Shown piece after piece: positions 12,613 to 23,201 of a stretch of DNA of 34,628 bases. Numbering within the stretch: the stretch's first letter is position 1; the number at the start of each line of letters is the position of its first letter. A program made the position numbers and the translations under genes. Under the pieces are notes generated by a model. That model saw nothing but the letters and a program-made list of their open reading frames with translations, did no database searches and was not told the DNA's origin. Source of the DNA: Octopus bimaculoides (lineage: Eukaryota); the NCBI RefSeq assembly GCF_001194135.2, contig NC_068985.1, forward strand, positions 108,408,296-108,442,923, in the 5' to 3' direction.

Positions 12613-14818
12613 TTATATTGCTACGCTAATAGTTTTGTTCCATGTAACAGTCACTACACCTCTCTGCAGGTGTCTACTGCGTCACTTCACTAAACTCGGT
12701 AGTAACAGCCTACAGTTTACTGAAATCTACTTCAATCATGTTTCACTCAAATCAACATCCATCATGTTTCATTCCTTCCATCCACTCCGAGTTAATGGTT
12801 CTTCAAGGTGCTGTATTCCTGAATGCACCACAACTTAATGTAGTAAGCAAGTGTAGGATTTGAGATGAGCTATAATGCTTCTATTAAATGAGATTACTCA
12901 TGAACTTCACTGACCAAAATTAACTGTTTAAAATCTAAAATCAAGAAAGGTAGATAATTCTAAAATCATCATCTGAAATTTTGTAAAAATATAGAAAGTG
13001 CAGTATAGGTGTACAGGAGCAAGCGTGATTTTAAAGCCACTAAGTAAAAGTAATAGACATAGCACAGTGTCATTGGTTTAAAATTTTGGCACAAAGCCAG
13101 TAATTCTGGGGGATGGGTAAGTCGATTACATCGACCCGTGTTAAACTGGCATTTATTTTATCAACTCCGACAGAATGAAAAGCAAAGTCGACCTCTACGG
13201 AATTTGAGAAGAAATGTTGTTAAGTATTTTGAGAACGATTCTGCCAACACGCTGTCTTAACAACTCAATCATAATAGAGCTATTTAGCAAAGGTTATTCT
13301 CGTCAGCGAGCATGACAAATGAGTGAACAAAGCCCCAGTGGTTAAGTTATTCGGCTCACGACTATAGAGTTGGGTTCAAATCCTGAACAGGGCAGAGCAT
13401 TTTATATTTGAATAAAATAATTTTGCGTTGCTCTAGCATCTGCTTGTCTTAAAATGATTGTCAATCGAACTCTAGTGCAGTTCTGGCCTGCCTCTATTTC
13501 TCTCACCAGCTGTCACACCCTGGATGTCTCGCTGCGTCAAAAGGTTCGCGACTTCATTGTCACTTAAAACAACTAGCATGGTAAATGTTACGAAGCTTTA
13601 TTTGTTCGCAAGGGACCGATTAGTACACACGCGCGCGCACATAAGCATACATATATATCTACATACATAAATAAGAAAAAGCAAAAATGAGTCTCAATGG
13701 CATTTGAACTCAGAGAATATTGACGAATTGTCCATAAGCATTTTACTCGGCATGCTAACGATTCCGCCAAGTCACCGCCTTAGCTCAAAATAATATTAGG
13801 ATTTTTAATATTAGTAAACTGACGATAAAGAAGTCTTCCAAAATATACACCCTGCACTCCGTTCTCATACAATATTATTTAAAAACAATATCAATATAAC
13901 TTTTAATAGCCACAGTTCTTATGATAATATCCATTTGCTGTTCTTTTAATAAAATATTCTGTTCCTCAAAAGATTGAGGCTCATTAATTGAGCACCAATA
14001 ATATTGTCGAAGACATCGTAAGAAAACTTTAGGTTCATGCATTTTATGGCTCCTTATTTGATAACGTATTGTAAAGGAACATATCTTTCCAAAACTAAAA
14101 ACGACAGAAGGATTGCGTAGATGTACATTTTGAGAAAATGAATTATACTTAAAGTAAAGGCTATTTGCCAACATAATGTGGTTGTCCTAGAAGGGACGAT
14201 TGTTATTGCTGTTTAGCCCCAGGAAATTATACTTACATGGAGAAATTTGATATAAATGAATGGCGAGGCATGTTTACATGTAAGTCTGCAGTGACAGCAA
14301 AATTGTACGTGTTATAATACTTCAGGGAAACTAGAGTGGTAGCATATCGATATCTAATATCACTGATGGCATGAAGAGATTTCAGGGTTGCTTTCTGAAA
14401 AGACAAAAAGTATAATAAAACTCTTTAACGCGACTTTTATTTCATGGTAACATTTATGTCAAAATTAAATTTTTTTACAAAGCCAGTTTCATTTTTGTTA
14501 TAAATAAGATCGACAGATTTAAAACACTTTGGGCATATAAAAACAACAATTACAAACATTATGGGGTATATATTTCAATAATTAGCCACAAATGAAGCGT
14601 GAATTGTGTCTCCCATATGTTTGTATTTTGATGATTATACAATCAATTGCGATCATGATCCGTTTCATATAACTGATGTGAAATCGTAGTGACTGCAGAA
14701 GACTGAGGCTATTGGTAAACTCATAGTAAAAATTTGGCCTTGTTTCCCTTTTTAAAGACAGCTGGATGTGATTTGAAGATAATTTGCTTGCTATTTCTGG
14801 CACATTATACGTTAACAT

Positions 14819-14866
<48 letters not shown>

Positions 14867-17407
14867 GAATTTCTAGGGAGACAACTGAAAATATTGGTGG
14901 AGAAATTCAAGAAGAATAATATTTATGCATTTCAGTACTATTAATACAATAAATTTGTTACAGATGAGATTTTATCTGAGAAATTATTAATTGTAGATAA
15001 TTAATCCTGATAAAGAACATATAATGCAGCGTACAAGTTAAATCGAGAAGGTATCATCTATAACTTATGAAATCTCACGTTTATGAATATAAATTACTAC
15101 AAGATGAAAAAGAAATTATTGAAACAAATGTGAAGAGTGTTAAAGAAATTATTAAAGAATCAAACCAATTAAACAAAATATGAAAGGATGATAGAGCATA
15201 AAATATGTTTCATGGTGAATTGTGTGTCAACATTCACAAATAATAAATATACTAAATTTCTGTAAAACCTCGTACAATTTTAAAGGAAAATTTTAGTATT
15301 TAAACTAGTCCTTATTCACAAGACTCAAGGCAAAAAAAAAGTGTAAATAGTCAAGTAAGAAATGAAAGAACGTTTCTCAATTTTCTCAGAGCTTTCCTTT
15401 ATAAATTACATAAGCCTAAAGATATCTCATTACATAAGTTAAAGAAACACATACTAGTTTCTTTTTTTTCTTTCTTTCTATAATAATCGACAAGATTATT
15501 TTTCAAGATTATTTAGTAAAAGATACAGATAAAGCGTTTGAATAAATGACAAAATACAAAAATAAAAATAATAAACTAAATAGTTGCATCGGTTGGCGGA
15601 GTACCATCTCTTTTGTCTTTAGTACTAATTGAAAAATTTTCACCGACTCCGAGTGTGTCACAGTACACTTTGGGAAGCTATGATTTACATGTGGTCTGTA
15701 GTTAGAAAAGAATATGGTAAAGAATTGCTAGGTACTACGTTTCGCGTAGCTTTTGAAGACGAAATGCTAGTATCTGTTCATTAAGAAAATTTCAGATATT
15801 GTGTGCTACACAAAACAAACATAGTATCAAATATATAAAAAATATTTCTATTGGGTCAGACGATGGACTCTCCCGTTGAAAACCACGTATGAGTGTTCAG
15901 TTTCTGCTGAACGACCTGTTTATAGTGATCAAATGCATGTGCTGTACATGAGTTCACTCTCTCTTCATCAAACTGACTTTGCCTGTACAGGTGCACAAGT
16001 GTACCACACATCACATGTCGATAATGATCGCAGAACGACATGAAAAGAAGTGTTTGCTCAAGAACACAACGTGCAGCTCTATCCGGAAATCGAATCCATG
16101 ATCTAGCGATCGTGAGTATAACACCTAAATCACTGGTTCACGTACCTTCACAAATAATATGCACAAAGTGCATATTATTAGCTTCCCTTTCTTGTTTTGC
16201 ACATATTATATAATTATATATCTTAAGGCGGCGAACTGGTAGAATTGTTAACCGGGAAAAATGCTTAGCGGTGTTTCATCCGACCTTTGCCGTTCATCCT
16301 TTCGGGGTCGACGAAATAAGTACCAGTTGAGCACTGGGGTCGATGTAATCGACTAAGCCCCTCCCGTAAAATTTCAGATTATTAAATTACATCTCGTTTG
16401 ACCTCGGGTTAAAGGCAATCAACAAAGACAACATGATTTCATATGCTAATCTTTTCAGTGGGGGAAAATTGCCCATCACCTTTGGGGTTAATTCGCATGC
16501 ATTCAGATGTAGAGAAAATCTAAATGTAATTAGAACTCTGGTGACTACTTGAATTCACGTATGGGTCTAAATATAAAGAATATATAGATTTTTTAAGGCA
16601 AATGTAGCATTAATATGTAAATTTCATTTAGCGATATTTTCCTATTTAAATGTTGGTATTTATGTATCTGACGATTAGATTTTTATTCAATGCTATAATA
16701 AAATCTACAATTGATACGTAAATAAATATCTCTATTTCTGGCTGCTCGCCGCCTTATCATCAAAAGAATAATATTAAGGTGATTCCGGGAGAATTTTGAT
16801 TCCAGGATTTCTTATTGGACAAAGAGTACATTTGCAGAGAAAATAAGTAAATAAATAAATGAATAAATACATATAACCTTAAACACAATAGCTCACACTT
16901 GTAGAAGCCAATCTATCGAAGATATATATAGCTTTGAATGTGCTATTGAATTTCATAAATATTCATAAGACAAAAGCATAAGAGACACCGCTGTCGAGAT
17001 GATAATGTTCTCGTAAGTGTACTATGTTTAATAGTGTATATTAGTTGAAGGTGTAATATTAAATATACCTTAACCTCGATATCATTATGAAAATAAAGCA
17101 GTATTATAGTTTAAAGCTAAAAAGTTCTATTCTTCTTAATTTCAATTTTGTTTAACTTAAATACAACTGCCTGTAAAAAACATATTACACAAAATATATT
17201 ATAGAATTAAGGAAAATATACTTTTGAAAAGAGATCGGCTGTCTTAGGACTGATTGTATAAATTAGTAATATTAAAACTACAGTTAACATTCACAAAACT
17301 ATTCTTTTAAATTAAGTACTGTTAAATTAACTTACCATAGTTTGCTTTCCATAGGCTGTTATACCCAAATGGAAAACAACTAACACCAGGAAGAGGCGAG
17401 GTACCAT
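975..17407 (-). CDS. ITIH: Inter-alpha-trypsin inhibitor heavy chain-like protein (signal peptide + VIT + vWA), spliced, 3'-partial: join(17336-17407,14237-14394,12058-12168,11705-11955,7940-8103,5147-5435,3091-3800,1804-1879,975-1001)
   Basis: Manual splicing gives an open frame with GT-AG junctions and matching phases (0,2,2,1,0,1,0,1,1). ITIH hallmarks: SDIRYRYATT..FISNFSM-EIDG..GEVK (VIT), LTYQELL, VAYDVNR, VDGYFVHFF, IFILDVSGSM, GGTNI, IIFLTDG, LFTLGFG, YAYLTLKQLL, ALKYNFVTPLTAMVV. The paralogue (ITIH1-6) cannot be assigned by eye. Confidence 0.95.
1303..1349 (-). mobile_element. 3'-end fragment of SINE family A
   Basis: tgttggcactccgtcgcttacgac..agggttccagttga matches 6280-6325. Confidence 0.75.
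1431..1610 (+). mobile_element. SINE family B copy
   Basis: aatcgttagcac...gttctgagttcaaat (B-box-like)...tttcatcc.ttcg.ggtcgataaaataagtaccag...tcgatgtaatcgact recurs at 13070-13260 (-), 16224-16372, 22190-22265 and 33556-33762. Confidence 0.8.
1804..1879 (-). CDS. ITIH: ITIH-like exon 8
   Basis: tcttccttgtgacAG acceptor, GTAAGT donor; YNFVTPLTAMVVTKSKIKEKRFDEN matches the family motif Y.FVTPLTSMVV. Confidence 0.9.
3091..3800 (-). CDS. ITIH: ITIH-like exon 7 (vWA remainder + downstream domain)
   Basis: ttccAG acceptor completes GGTNI; IIIFLTDGHPTVG, LFTLGFG, FKGSELVVSG, YAYLTLKQLL; GTGAGT donor; 710 nt, phase 1 to 0. Confidence 0.95.
4340..4810 (-). mobile_element. RTE-like LINE reverse transcriptase relic
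   Basis: IRHLD..., NRLSEMGENTGLRMNAEKAK (RT C-terminal GL.IN..KTK motif), LTVKNE, TLYASE; heavily decayed. Confidence 0.5.
5147..5435 (-). CDS. ITIH: ITIH-like exon 6 (vWA start, MIDAS DxSxS)
   Basis: AVDGYFVHFFTADFLKPLRKHIIFILDVSGSMSGTKILQLKEAM...; GTAAGT donor; phase 0 to 1. Confidence 0.95.
6279..6661 (-). mobile_element. Full-length tRNA-derived SINE (family A) with 11-bp TSD
   Basis: Head GGAGGCGCAATGGCCCAGTGGTTAGG (A box) ...GGTTTCGATTCCC (B box); TSD tatttagatat at 6268-6278 and 6662-6672. Confidence 0.92.
6825..7190 (-). mobile_element. CORE/MIR-like SINE (family C) with internal (CA)n
   Basis: Contains tgcccaagtgacatgcagtgggactgaacc and tggtacttattctatcggtctct, related to 26730-26860 and 28790-28990. 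Confidence 0.65.
7610..7700 (-). mobile_element. Possible L2/CR1-type LINE 3' ORF2 remnant
   Basis: TATVCRLRLSSYHLEI resembles the RLRLSSH.LEIE motif; single motif only. Confidence 0.3.
7940..8103 (-). CDS. ITIH: ITIH-like exon 5
   Basis: ttttaaacAG acceptor, GTAAG donor; LEYVSVDY...YNPNRKQQEEISKENGIVGLFKVAYDVNR; phase 1 to 0. Not present in the ORF track in this frame. Confidence 0.92.
8885..9668 (+). mobile_element. Ty3/Gypsy pol (reverse transcriptase) relic, interrupted by a SINE fragment at 9154-9361
   Basis: SDWAAPTVYIK..LRICADFS, FSKLDLSEAYLQIQVEEES..LAIN..G.FKFKRLPF; after the SINE, FAIVDLDDILI (YLDD equivalent), KYxGQIVDKNGRKPDP, LQAFL. Confidence 0.9.
9154..9361 (+). mobile_element. 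Internal fragment of SINE family A
   Basis: 206/208 identical to the reverse complement of 6436-6643, no indels. Confidence 0.93.
9669..10501. repeat. Insertion built from direct and inverted copies of a roughly 350-bp unit, flanked by 15-bp direct repeat tattactaccaaatt
   Basis: 9671-9753 matches 10023-10105 (2 mismatches in 83); 10272-10465 is an approximate reverse complement of 9855-10037; direct repeats at 9654-9668 and 10502-10516. Confidence 0.88.
10502..10610 (+). mobile_element. Resumption of the Gypsy pol relic (RT connection region)
   Basis: YYQIYIPNIHNVKAKLND*..AKWRWVDKCQKE continues the frame logic after LQAFL. Confidence 0.7.
11705..11955 (-). CDS. ITIH: ITIH-like exon 4
   Basis: ttttccAG acceptor; HRFTNVFDISVNVEPQKYIVYNLTYQELLTRE...FIKEPQDI; the GTAGGT donor at 11704 gives the phase 1 required by exon 5. 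Confidence 0.92.
12058..12168 (-). CDS. ITIH: ITIH-like exon 3 (VIT domain)
   Basis: ttatttcAG acceptor, GTAATG donor; EIDGNVTVGEVKQKSEAKRIYDHAIKTGQSAGYVAV; phase 2 to 2. Confidence 0.93.
13070..13260 (-). mobile_element. SINE family B copy
   Basis: Reverse complement of the family B core (agtcgattacatcgaccc...gaatgaaaagcaaagtcgacc...aacgattctgcca). Confidence 0.75.
13331..13400 (+). mobile_element. tRNA-like SINE head
   Basis: gccccagtggttaag (A box) ... gggttcaaatcctg (B box). Confidence 0.55.
14237..14394 (-). CDS. ITIH: ITIH-like exon 2 (VIT domain N-part)
   Basis: cttttcAG acceptor, GTAAGT donor; KATLKSLHAISDIRYRYATTLV...MPRHSFISNFS(M); phase 0 to 2. Confidence 0.93.
15870..16150 (-). 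mobile_element. Decayed tRNA-derived SINE
   Basis: gctcaagaacacaacg...ccggaaatcgaatcc..gatcgtgag..acacctaaatcactgg is the reverse complement of a tRNA-like head with A and B boxes. Confidence 0.6.
16224..16372 (+). mobile_element. SINE family B copy, internally deleted
   Basis: taaggcggcgaactggtagaattgtta...ttcatcctttcggggtcgacgaaataagtaccagttgagcactggggtcgatgtaatcgact. Confidence 0.78.
17336..17407 (-). CDS. ITIH: ITIH-like coding exon 1 (signal peptide MVPRLFLVLVVFHLGITAYGKQTM)
   Basis: ATG in AAAATGG context with an in-frame TAA 39 nt upstream; hydrophobic core; GTAAG donor at 17335; phase 0 fits the next exon. An upstream acceptor (ttttaattaacAG at 17447-17448) implies a non-coding exon further 5'. 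Confidence 0.88.
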
Positions 17408-18479
17408 TTTGTTGTCGATCCGTCTAATTTCTTCTGCTTCGGTTTACTGTTAATTAAAACAATTCTATAATTCTTTGATAGTATTCAAACTTAATAAAAT
17501 ATCATTAGATCAAGCGTTGTGGTTCTCAGTTAAACATATATGCAACAGAAAAATTGTTTGGTAATTTATATTTATATTTATATATATGTATATATATATA
17601 TCTGCCTGTCTCACTCTCTCTGTATATGAACATTTAGAAACGCACTCACACACACATACATAGACAATTATTCATACATTCGCATATACACTCCTCCTGC
17701 TGCAATCATAACAGAAAGTCTAAGCGATTTGATATCGTGGGAACATTAGCCAAAACAGGGATCTGTCAAGCAAGATAAAAGAATAATATATCAGTGCAAA
17801 AATAGACGAAAATGATTGGCCAAAATAAATGTTTTGAAGTTACACAACTCAAACGGATATATTCATGAAATTTGTAGAATATATGAACACACCGAAAAAT
17901 TAGAACTGTTTGACTTGAAAAATTGAAAAAAAACAAAACAAACAAAACGCTATTAGCACACGAGGAAACCAAAACTAAAGAAGAAAATGACGAATGATAA
18001 GCACATAAAAAATGTGAGAACTAAGTATCATACCAATCATTATTCAAAAAATTATATAAACAGACGCATATTTACCCTCTCAAACAAGCATACGTGTTTG
18101 CAAGCATGCGTGTGAATGCGCACACAAAAGCACAAATCTATTCGTTCATTGAATTCGTAAATACTTATGCGTGCGTGTTTATAGGGATGCCCGGAAGGGC
18201 ATCTTGGACAAATACTTTCTATTATAATACTTTTTATTATAAGCGTTTTCAGAGAAAGTGGATTGATGGAAACTGTGCAGAAGCCTGTCAGATACACTAT
18301 ATTAAAACACCACGTCATTATATCGATTATAGTAGTAGGAAACTTTTAAGGGTGCTGAACACCAGATGTTCTTCAGAGAAAAACTCCGCTTAGGCAAGTA
18401 TTCCGGTCCTTAACTTCTTACTCTCTGAAGACCCAGGCCGCATCCAAGTCATGGCGCTTGGTTGCCCTTCTGCTGACGA

Positions 18480-18940
18480 TTTTTAGACAGTTACATATCG
18501 GACATTTGTGCGCTTAAACCACTTTGGGATTTCATCTAGTCGTTCCAGTTGGGACACTTCCGAAGTGCCCCTTCCCACGCTGTCCACTGGCCCCGTTGGC
18601 TCTGCTGTACTGCCTCCCGGATTCTTATGTTTCTGATTCATGATCTTCCAGATTCTTCCTTTTTCTTTCTTCCTGTAAAATCAAATCTCTCCTCACCTTT
18701 CCCATGGCCTCTGGTCACCACTCAAATTTTGTTTCATTAGGTCTTTGCCTATTGACCTGAGTGTATCCCATTATTTCTCTTGAGACATAATTTCAGCTTG
18801 GCCGGGTGACAGTAGAGTGCAATATCAGTAAGCCCTGATAGGGCACCGAGCTAATTCCTTGTATACTTGTTGATTTTGGCTGCCATGCCCTCCACTGTAC
18901 TAGTGCTGATATTGTAAATCAACACGGGCCAGGAAAGCTT
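18480..18940 (-). mobile_element. R2-superfamily (Hero/NeSL-like) non-LTR retrotransposon relic
   Basis: LSWPVLIYNISTSTVEGMAAKINKYTRN*LGALSGLTDIALYCHPAKLKL; REAVQQSQRGQWTAWE; KCPIC. These post-RT motifs are recalled from this clade; the clade assignment is inference. Confidence 0.7.
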
Positions 18941-19612
18941 TTAGATTAACGAACTACAAGCACCAATCCTTGTATTTGCCAGAGAGAATCCGACAGAACC
19001 AGTCATATCCTATGCTTCAATTAAATCGTATTCGTTTTTACATATTGATATTCCTTTAAACGCTTGTTATCCATATTCGATTCATCTTTCTAATTTTTCA
19101 TTTGTCCTCTTTTCTCTCTTTGTTGAAGCCAGCTCCATATTCATCTAAATTAGCCTTCTATTTGATATATTTCAAGTTGTTTTTTTCCGAAATAACCATA
19201 CATTACATTCTGAGGAGGTGAAAAAAGATATCCCCAGTCACTGTCACGATTTTTCAACCGATTAAACACAGACCTGTACGTTGGCAAAGGGAATTGTTGG
19301 TTTCGCCCATATATTTCTCGTTGGACTGGGCAGGTTATGCAGTGTATTAGATTCTGTGTTTTGGAGTTCATATTTTCATTTTTATATTTCCATTGTTTAC
19401 TAATTTTAAGGGTCAATTCTGTTGCTCTAGGAAGTTTATAAATTTGTAAAGTCGCATTTGACTAATTTTGAATCCAGCCACTATTGAATAAATACGTCTT
19501 GCCATACTAATATGAAATGTTCTGTAGATGTGTGAAGGATGGCAAAAATAAAGTTCGAATATTACTGCGTGTTTGCATTTTTTGTAATATATATCAGTGG
19601 TACTATGGACTT

Positions 19613-19646
<34 letters not shown>

Positions 19647-19915
19647 ATGTTCAGCAGTTATTCGTTATGGGTAACGTTCTGTTTCGGTGGTAGAATTCAA
19701 ACTACAGCCCTTCACCACATTTTGCAAAATATTTTCAGAAAAAATAACAAAAATCAATATATTTAATATATTTGACTTCACACCTATAAGGCAGAAGAAC
19801 GCATTAAAAGTATTTCTGGTATCACAAGATATTTAGTGTGTTGAGAAGATATTTATTTTCCTGAAAAGAGTTTCATGATATCGCTAGTTCTGCATGCGTT
19901 TCTTGGATTGCCTAT

Positions 19916-20045
19916 TTCTTCTTCTTCTTCTTCTTCTTCTTCTTCTTCTTCTTCTTCTTCTTCTTCTTCTTCTTCTTCTTCTTCTTCTTCTTCTTCTTCT
20001 TCTTCTTCTTCNNNNNNNNNNNNNNNNNNNNNNNNNNNNNNNNNN

Positions 20046-20102
<57 letters not shown>

Positions 20103-20112
20103 CTCTCTCTTT
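19916..20112. repeat. (TTC)n - gap (20012-20044) - (CT)n homopyrimidine tract
   Basis: Visible directly. Confidence 0.95.
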
Positions 20113-20383
20113 CTTTCACTGACAAAATTCCGTGCAGCACGAAATTTTGTCAGTGAACAGATCGTGGTCTCAAAGCGACGAAAATATTTTGGCAAAGTAA
20201 ATTAAAATCTTGAAGTGAATCTAACGGATTTTGTGTGTTTCTTAAATGGCTTATAAACACCTTCCACGCTGCAATTGTTTTCGTTCCAGCACACGAACTC
20301 AGATCGGGTCGCTTGCTATGCAAGTACATCTCCGTAATTTATTGTAATTATAAGCCCTAAAATTCACTTTATAATTGTTCACA

Positions 20384-20467
20384 GGCACATGGTGTAGTGG
20401 TTAAGAGCGCGGGCGACTAACTCCAAGATTCCGAGTTCGATTCCAGGAAATGACCTGCATAATAATT
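20384..20467 (+). mobile_element. Short tRNA-derived SINE with (AAT)n tail
   Basis: ggcacatggtgtagtggttaagagcg (A box), gagttcgattcc (B box), ends ataataatt. Confidence 0.7.
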
Positions 20468-22189
20468 AGGAGATTCAACTATTTCTTGCAGGTCAAGGGG
20501 ATGAGTTTTTGAAATTGTAAACTGTGACTTAAAAAGATTTCCGTAATATTTTTTATAGGTCATGAGATCAAGTTTTAAAATGGAAAGTGTGGCTTGAGGG
20601 AGATTTGGTTGTTATTTCTGGCACATAAAGGATTAAATTACTTTTATGAATAACTAAATGTGTACTCATTATTTTATGGCGGTAAGGTGTCATTTGAGGG
20701 AGATTTGGCTGCTATTTCTAGCAAATCAAGAGCTGATTTTTTTTGTGAGGGGCGCGCATGCCTACATTAAATTGTGCTAACTTTTTTCTATCTTAAAACA
20801 GTTGTGTTTGACTTCTGTTCTCTAGCAGATTACAACTTGATACGTTTTGTTTATTGTTAAGAATTGTGACTCTTGTTTACGATTGGAAGTTTAAACGAAA
20901 GAAGGGTATAAAAAGAATTAAGAAAGAAATAGAAATTATAGTCATAAGAATCCTTGACACTGAACCCGAGAAGAGGGAAGATTACAAAGACTGTTTTTCT
21001 GACACTGTTAGTATAAAGGAGTATACATTCAGTGTTTTGCGACCGATTTTCACTGATTCTAGATTTTCTCACCCCTAGCTAGTGGGGTCTGTTTATGTTG
21101 TGTGTGTGTGTGTGTGTGTGCGTGTGTGTGTTTACGTGTGTGTGTTTACGTGCGTGCTTGTGTGTGTCTGTGTCTGTGTCTGTATGTGTTTGCGTGTGTG
21201 CATGTGTGTGTGGCGGGGTTGTGAAAGTTTGTATAAATATAGGTTAAAAACAGAATTCCATAGAAGCTGAACGAATATGATACCAAAAAAAAAAAACAAG
21301 AAAGAACAAAAATATAAAAATCAAAATAAATTTAACATTACAACTTTTTAAAATTTAACCATTTAATCTAGATATGATGCTACCATAAAGCTCAGCTTCC
21401 TGCCTTATCAAAATCTCGTTTACATTATTCCATCAATTTAAAAAAAACTTTTTTCGTGAAGAACTCTGCTTAAGGATCTATCCGATGTTTATCCGATGTT
21501 ACCATTCTATTCGTCATCACGGTCTTATCTAGCGATGGGACATGATGTTGTAGCTAGGACACTGCATAAAATGTAAACATAATAGAGCTGACTTAATAAT
21601 TTAGTATAGAGAAGAGAAACTGCGTACAGTTGTGGAATATTTAATATTAATGCTTTCAAATATCTTCGAGATGTCTTCTGCGATATACAATAATTCTTGA
21701 TGCCGTTTTTTAAGATTTCTTGGAGAATCCTTTCTCAGGATGATATTTTATTTCTCATTCAAAATTCTTCAAAACTTCTTAAGAATCTTTAAGACCTCTT
21801 GCTTTTTCTCACAAAACATCTCTTCTGTACATAATGCTAATGAAGACTTGATTAGTCTGTTGCGTCGCTCGTCATCTCGACATTGTAAAGCGAACTTGTC
21901 AATTGCTTGACCATTTAAACTTCCACTATATATTAATGTAATTTTATTGTTGAATTATTTGAGTTCGTTATGTAAATTAGATGTTGGCTTACATAATTTC
22001 CGTTGTTGCAATTTAGACATAAACACCGGCTAACGGTTATATATTGACTTTAAGAAGTATCTTGCATATTTTCACAATGTTGGTTCCACACAGAATTTAT
22101 AGAGTCCTTATGAGCTGATCAGTTTCTTTGCCTGAAAACCTCTGGTTTCCGAGATTACGACCGAGACACTAACTAACATTAAGTACTGT

Positions 22190-22331
22190 AAGGCGACGAG
22201 CTGGGAGAACCGTTAGCACACTAGGTAAAATGTTCAGCGGCATTTCATCCGTCTTTACGCTTCTGTGTCTGTGTTTGTCCCCTCACCATCGCTTGACAAC
22301 CGATGCTGGTGTGTTTGTGTCCCCGTAACTT
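22190..22331 (+). mobile_element. SINE family B head joined to a CORE-like SINE body fragment, cut off at the inverted repeat arm
   Basis: taaggcgacgagctgggagaaccgttagcac... then cgcttgacaaccgatgctggtgtgtttgtgtccccgtaactt, which elsewhere (28850-28880) continues agcggttc. Confidence 0.7.
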
Positions 22332-22517
22332 AGAAGACTGTGTGCTTTCGGTTATCGTGTCAGATGTGTAGTTAGTATTGACAAGTGTAACGGTAGGCAT
22401 AAAATAAGTGTTAGCTCGTAGCATCAACACATCCGATCACAGGTACAGAAGAGGAGATAACCACTCCAAAATGCATGCATCAAAAGTCTGGCCAGAGAAA
22501 GTTGCGTACTGATTCGC
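22332..22517. repeat. Left arm of 186-bp perfect inverted repeat
   Basis: Base-by-base reverse complement of 24068-24253. Confidence 0.97.
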
Positions 22518-23110
22518 GGCATCAAAATTCTAATAGATAAGTAGAAAATAGAGTATCTGAGGTGCCATACATGTTACGACATTTCCTCTTAACATGTCTC
22601 TGCATCCCCTCCACTTTATTCCTGTGGATTTTGGGGTCACTGAGGTTGACACAATTCACACTGTAGTTCACCACTGGATTGATTTAGGAAAGCATTATAT
22701 GCCTGCCAGTTGTCTTTTACAATTCTAGTTCCTGTCAGCACATGTTTATTAATTACTGGTAATAATGTGGTGGCGCTTCTGCCCGGGACAGGAACTAAAA
22801 TGCATCTTAAACTGCCGCGTTCTACCATTCCAAGTACCGAGTGGCCTTCCCGGTAACGACCGCGATGGTACTTTCTGCGCATGAACTTGGATTCATCAAT
22901 TTCCACAACATCTTGTCCTCCAAGTTAGAGAGGATTGTCGATGCACCATATGGCACAAATGTTGCAGAAGTAATTATGCCAGTTAATAATTGCTTCTGAT
23001 GCGATCCAACTTGCGTCATCATAACAAACCGTTTACAGTCCATACACAAGTGAAGCAAGTAAGAACAAATGTGCAAAACTTTTCTCAAGTTTGAAATGCG
23101 ACATTGTTTT
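22437..23110 (-). mobile_element. Merlin (IS1595/ISXO2-like) transposase relic
   Basis: NWHNYF..C...LGGQDVVEIDESKFMRRKYHRGR..VLGMVERG..RSATTLLPVINKHVLTGTRIV.DNWQAY..VN.S.N.V...DP.IH.N.VEG..RHVKRK..GTS..LF.TYL.EF, with several stops and frameshifts. Confidence 0.9.
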
Positions 23111-23119
23111 TGTTACCTA

Positions 23120-23154
23120 CATTCCACACACATAAATACATGAAACAGAACACG

Positions 23155-23201
<47 letters not shown>

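Noticed and set aside
14880-15180. K/E/I-rich plus-strand stretch resembling coding sequence
   Set aside because: Interrupted by stops, AT-rich composition explains the bias, and no motif could be assigned.
19853-20205. Poly-E/S/R/L ORFs
   Set aside because: (TTC)n and (CT)n repeats plus a gap.
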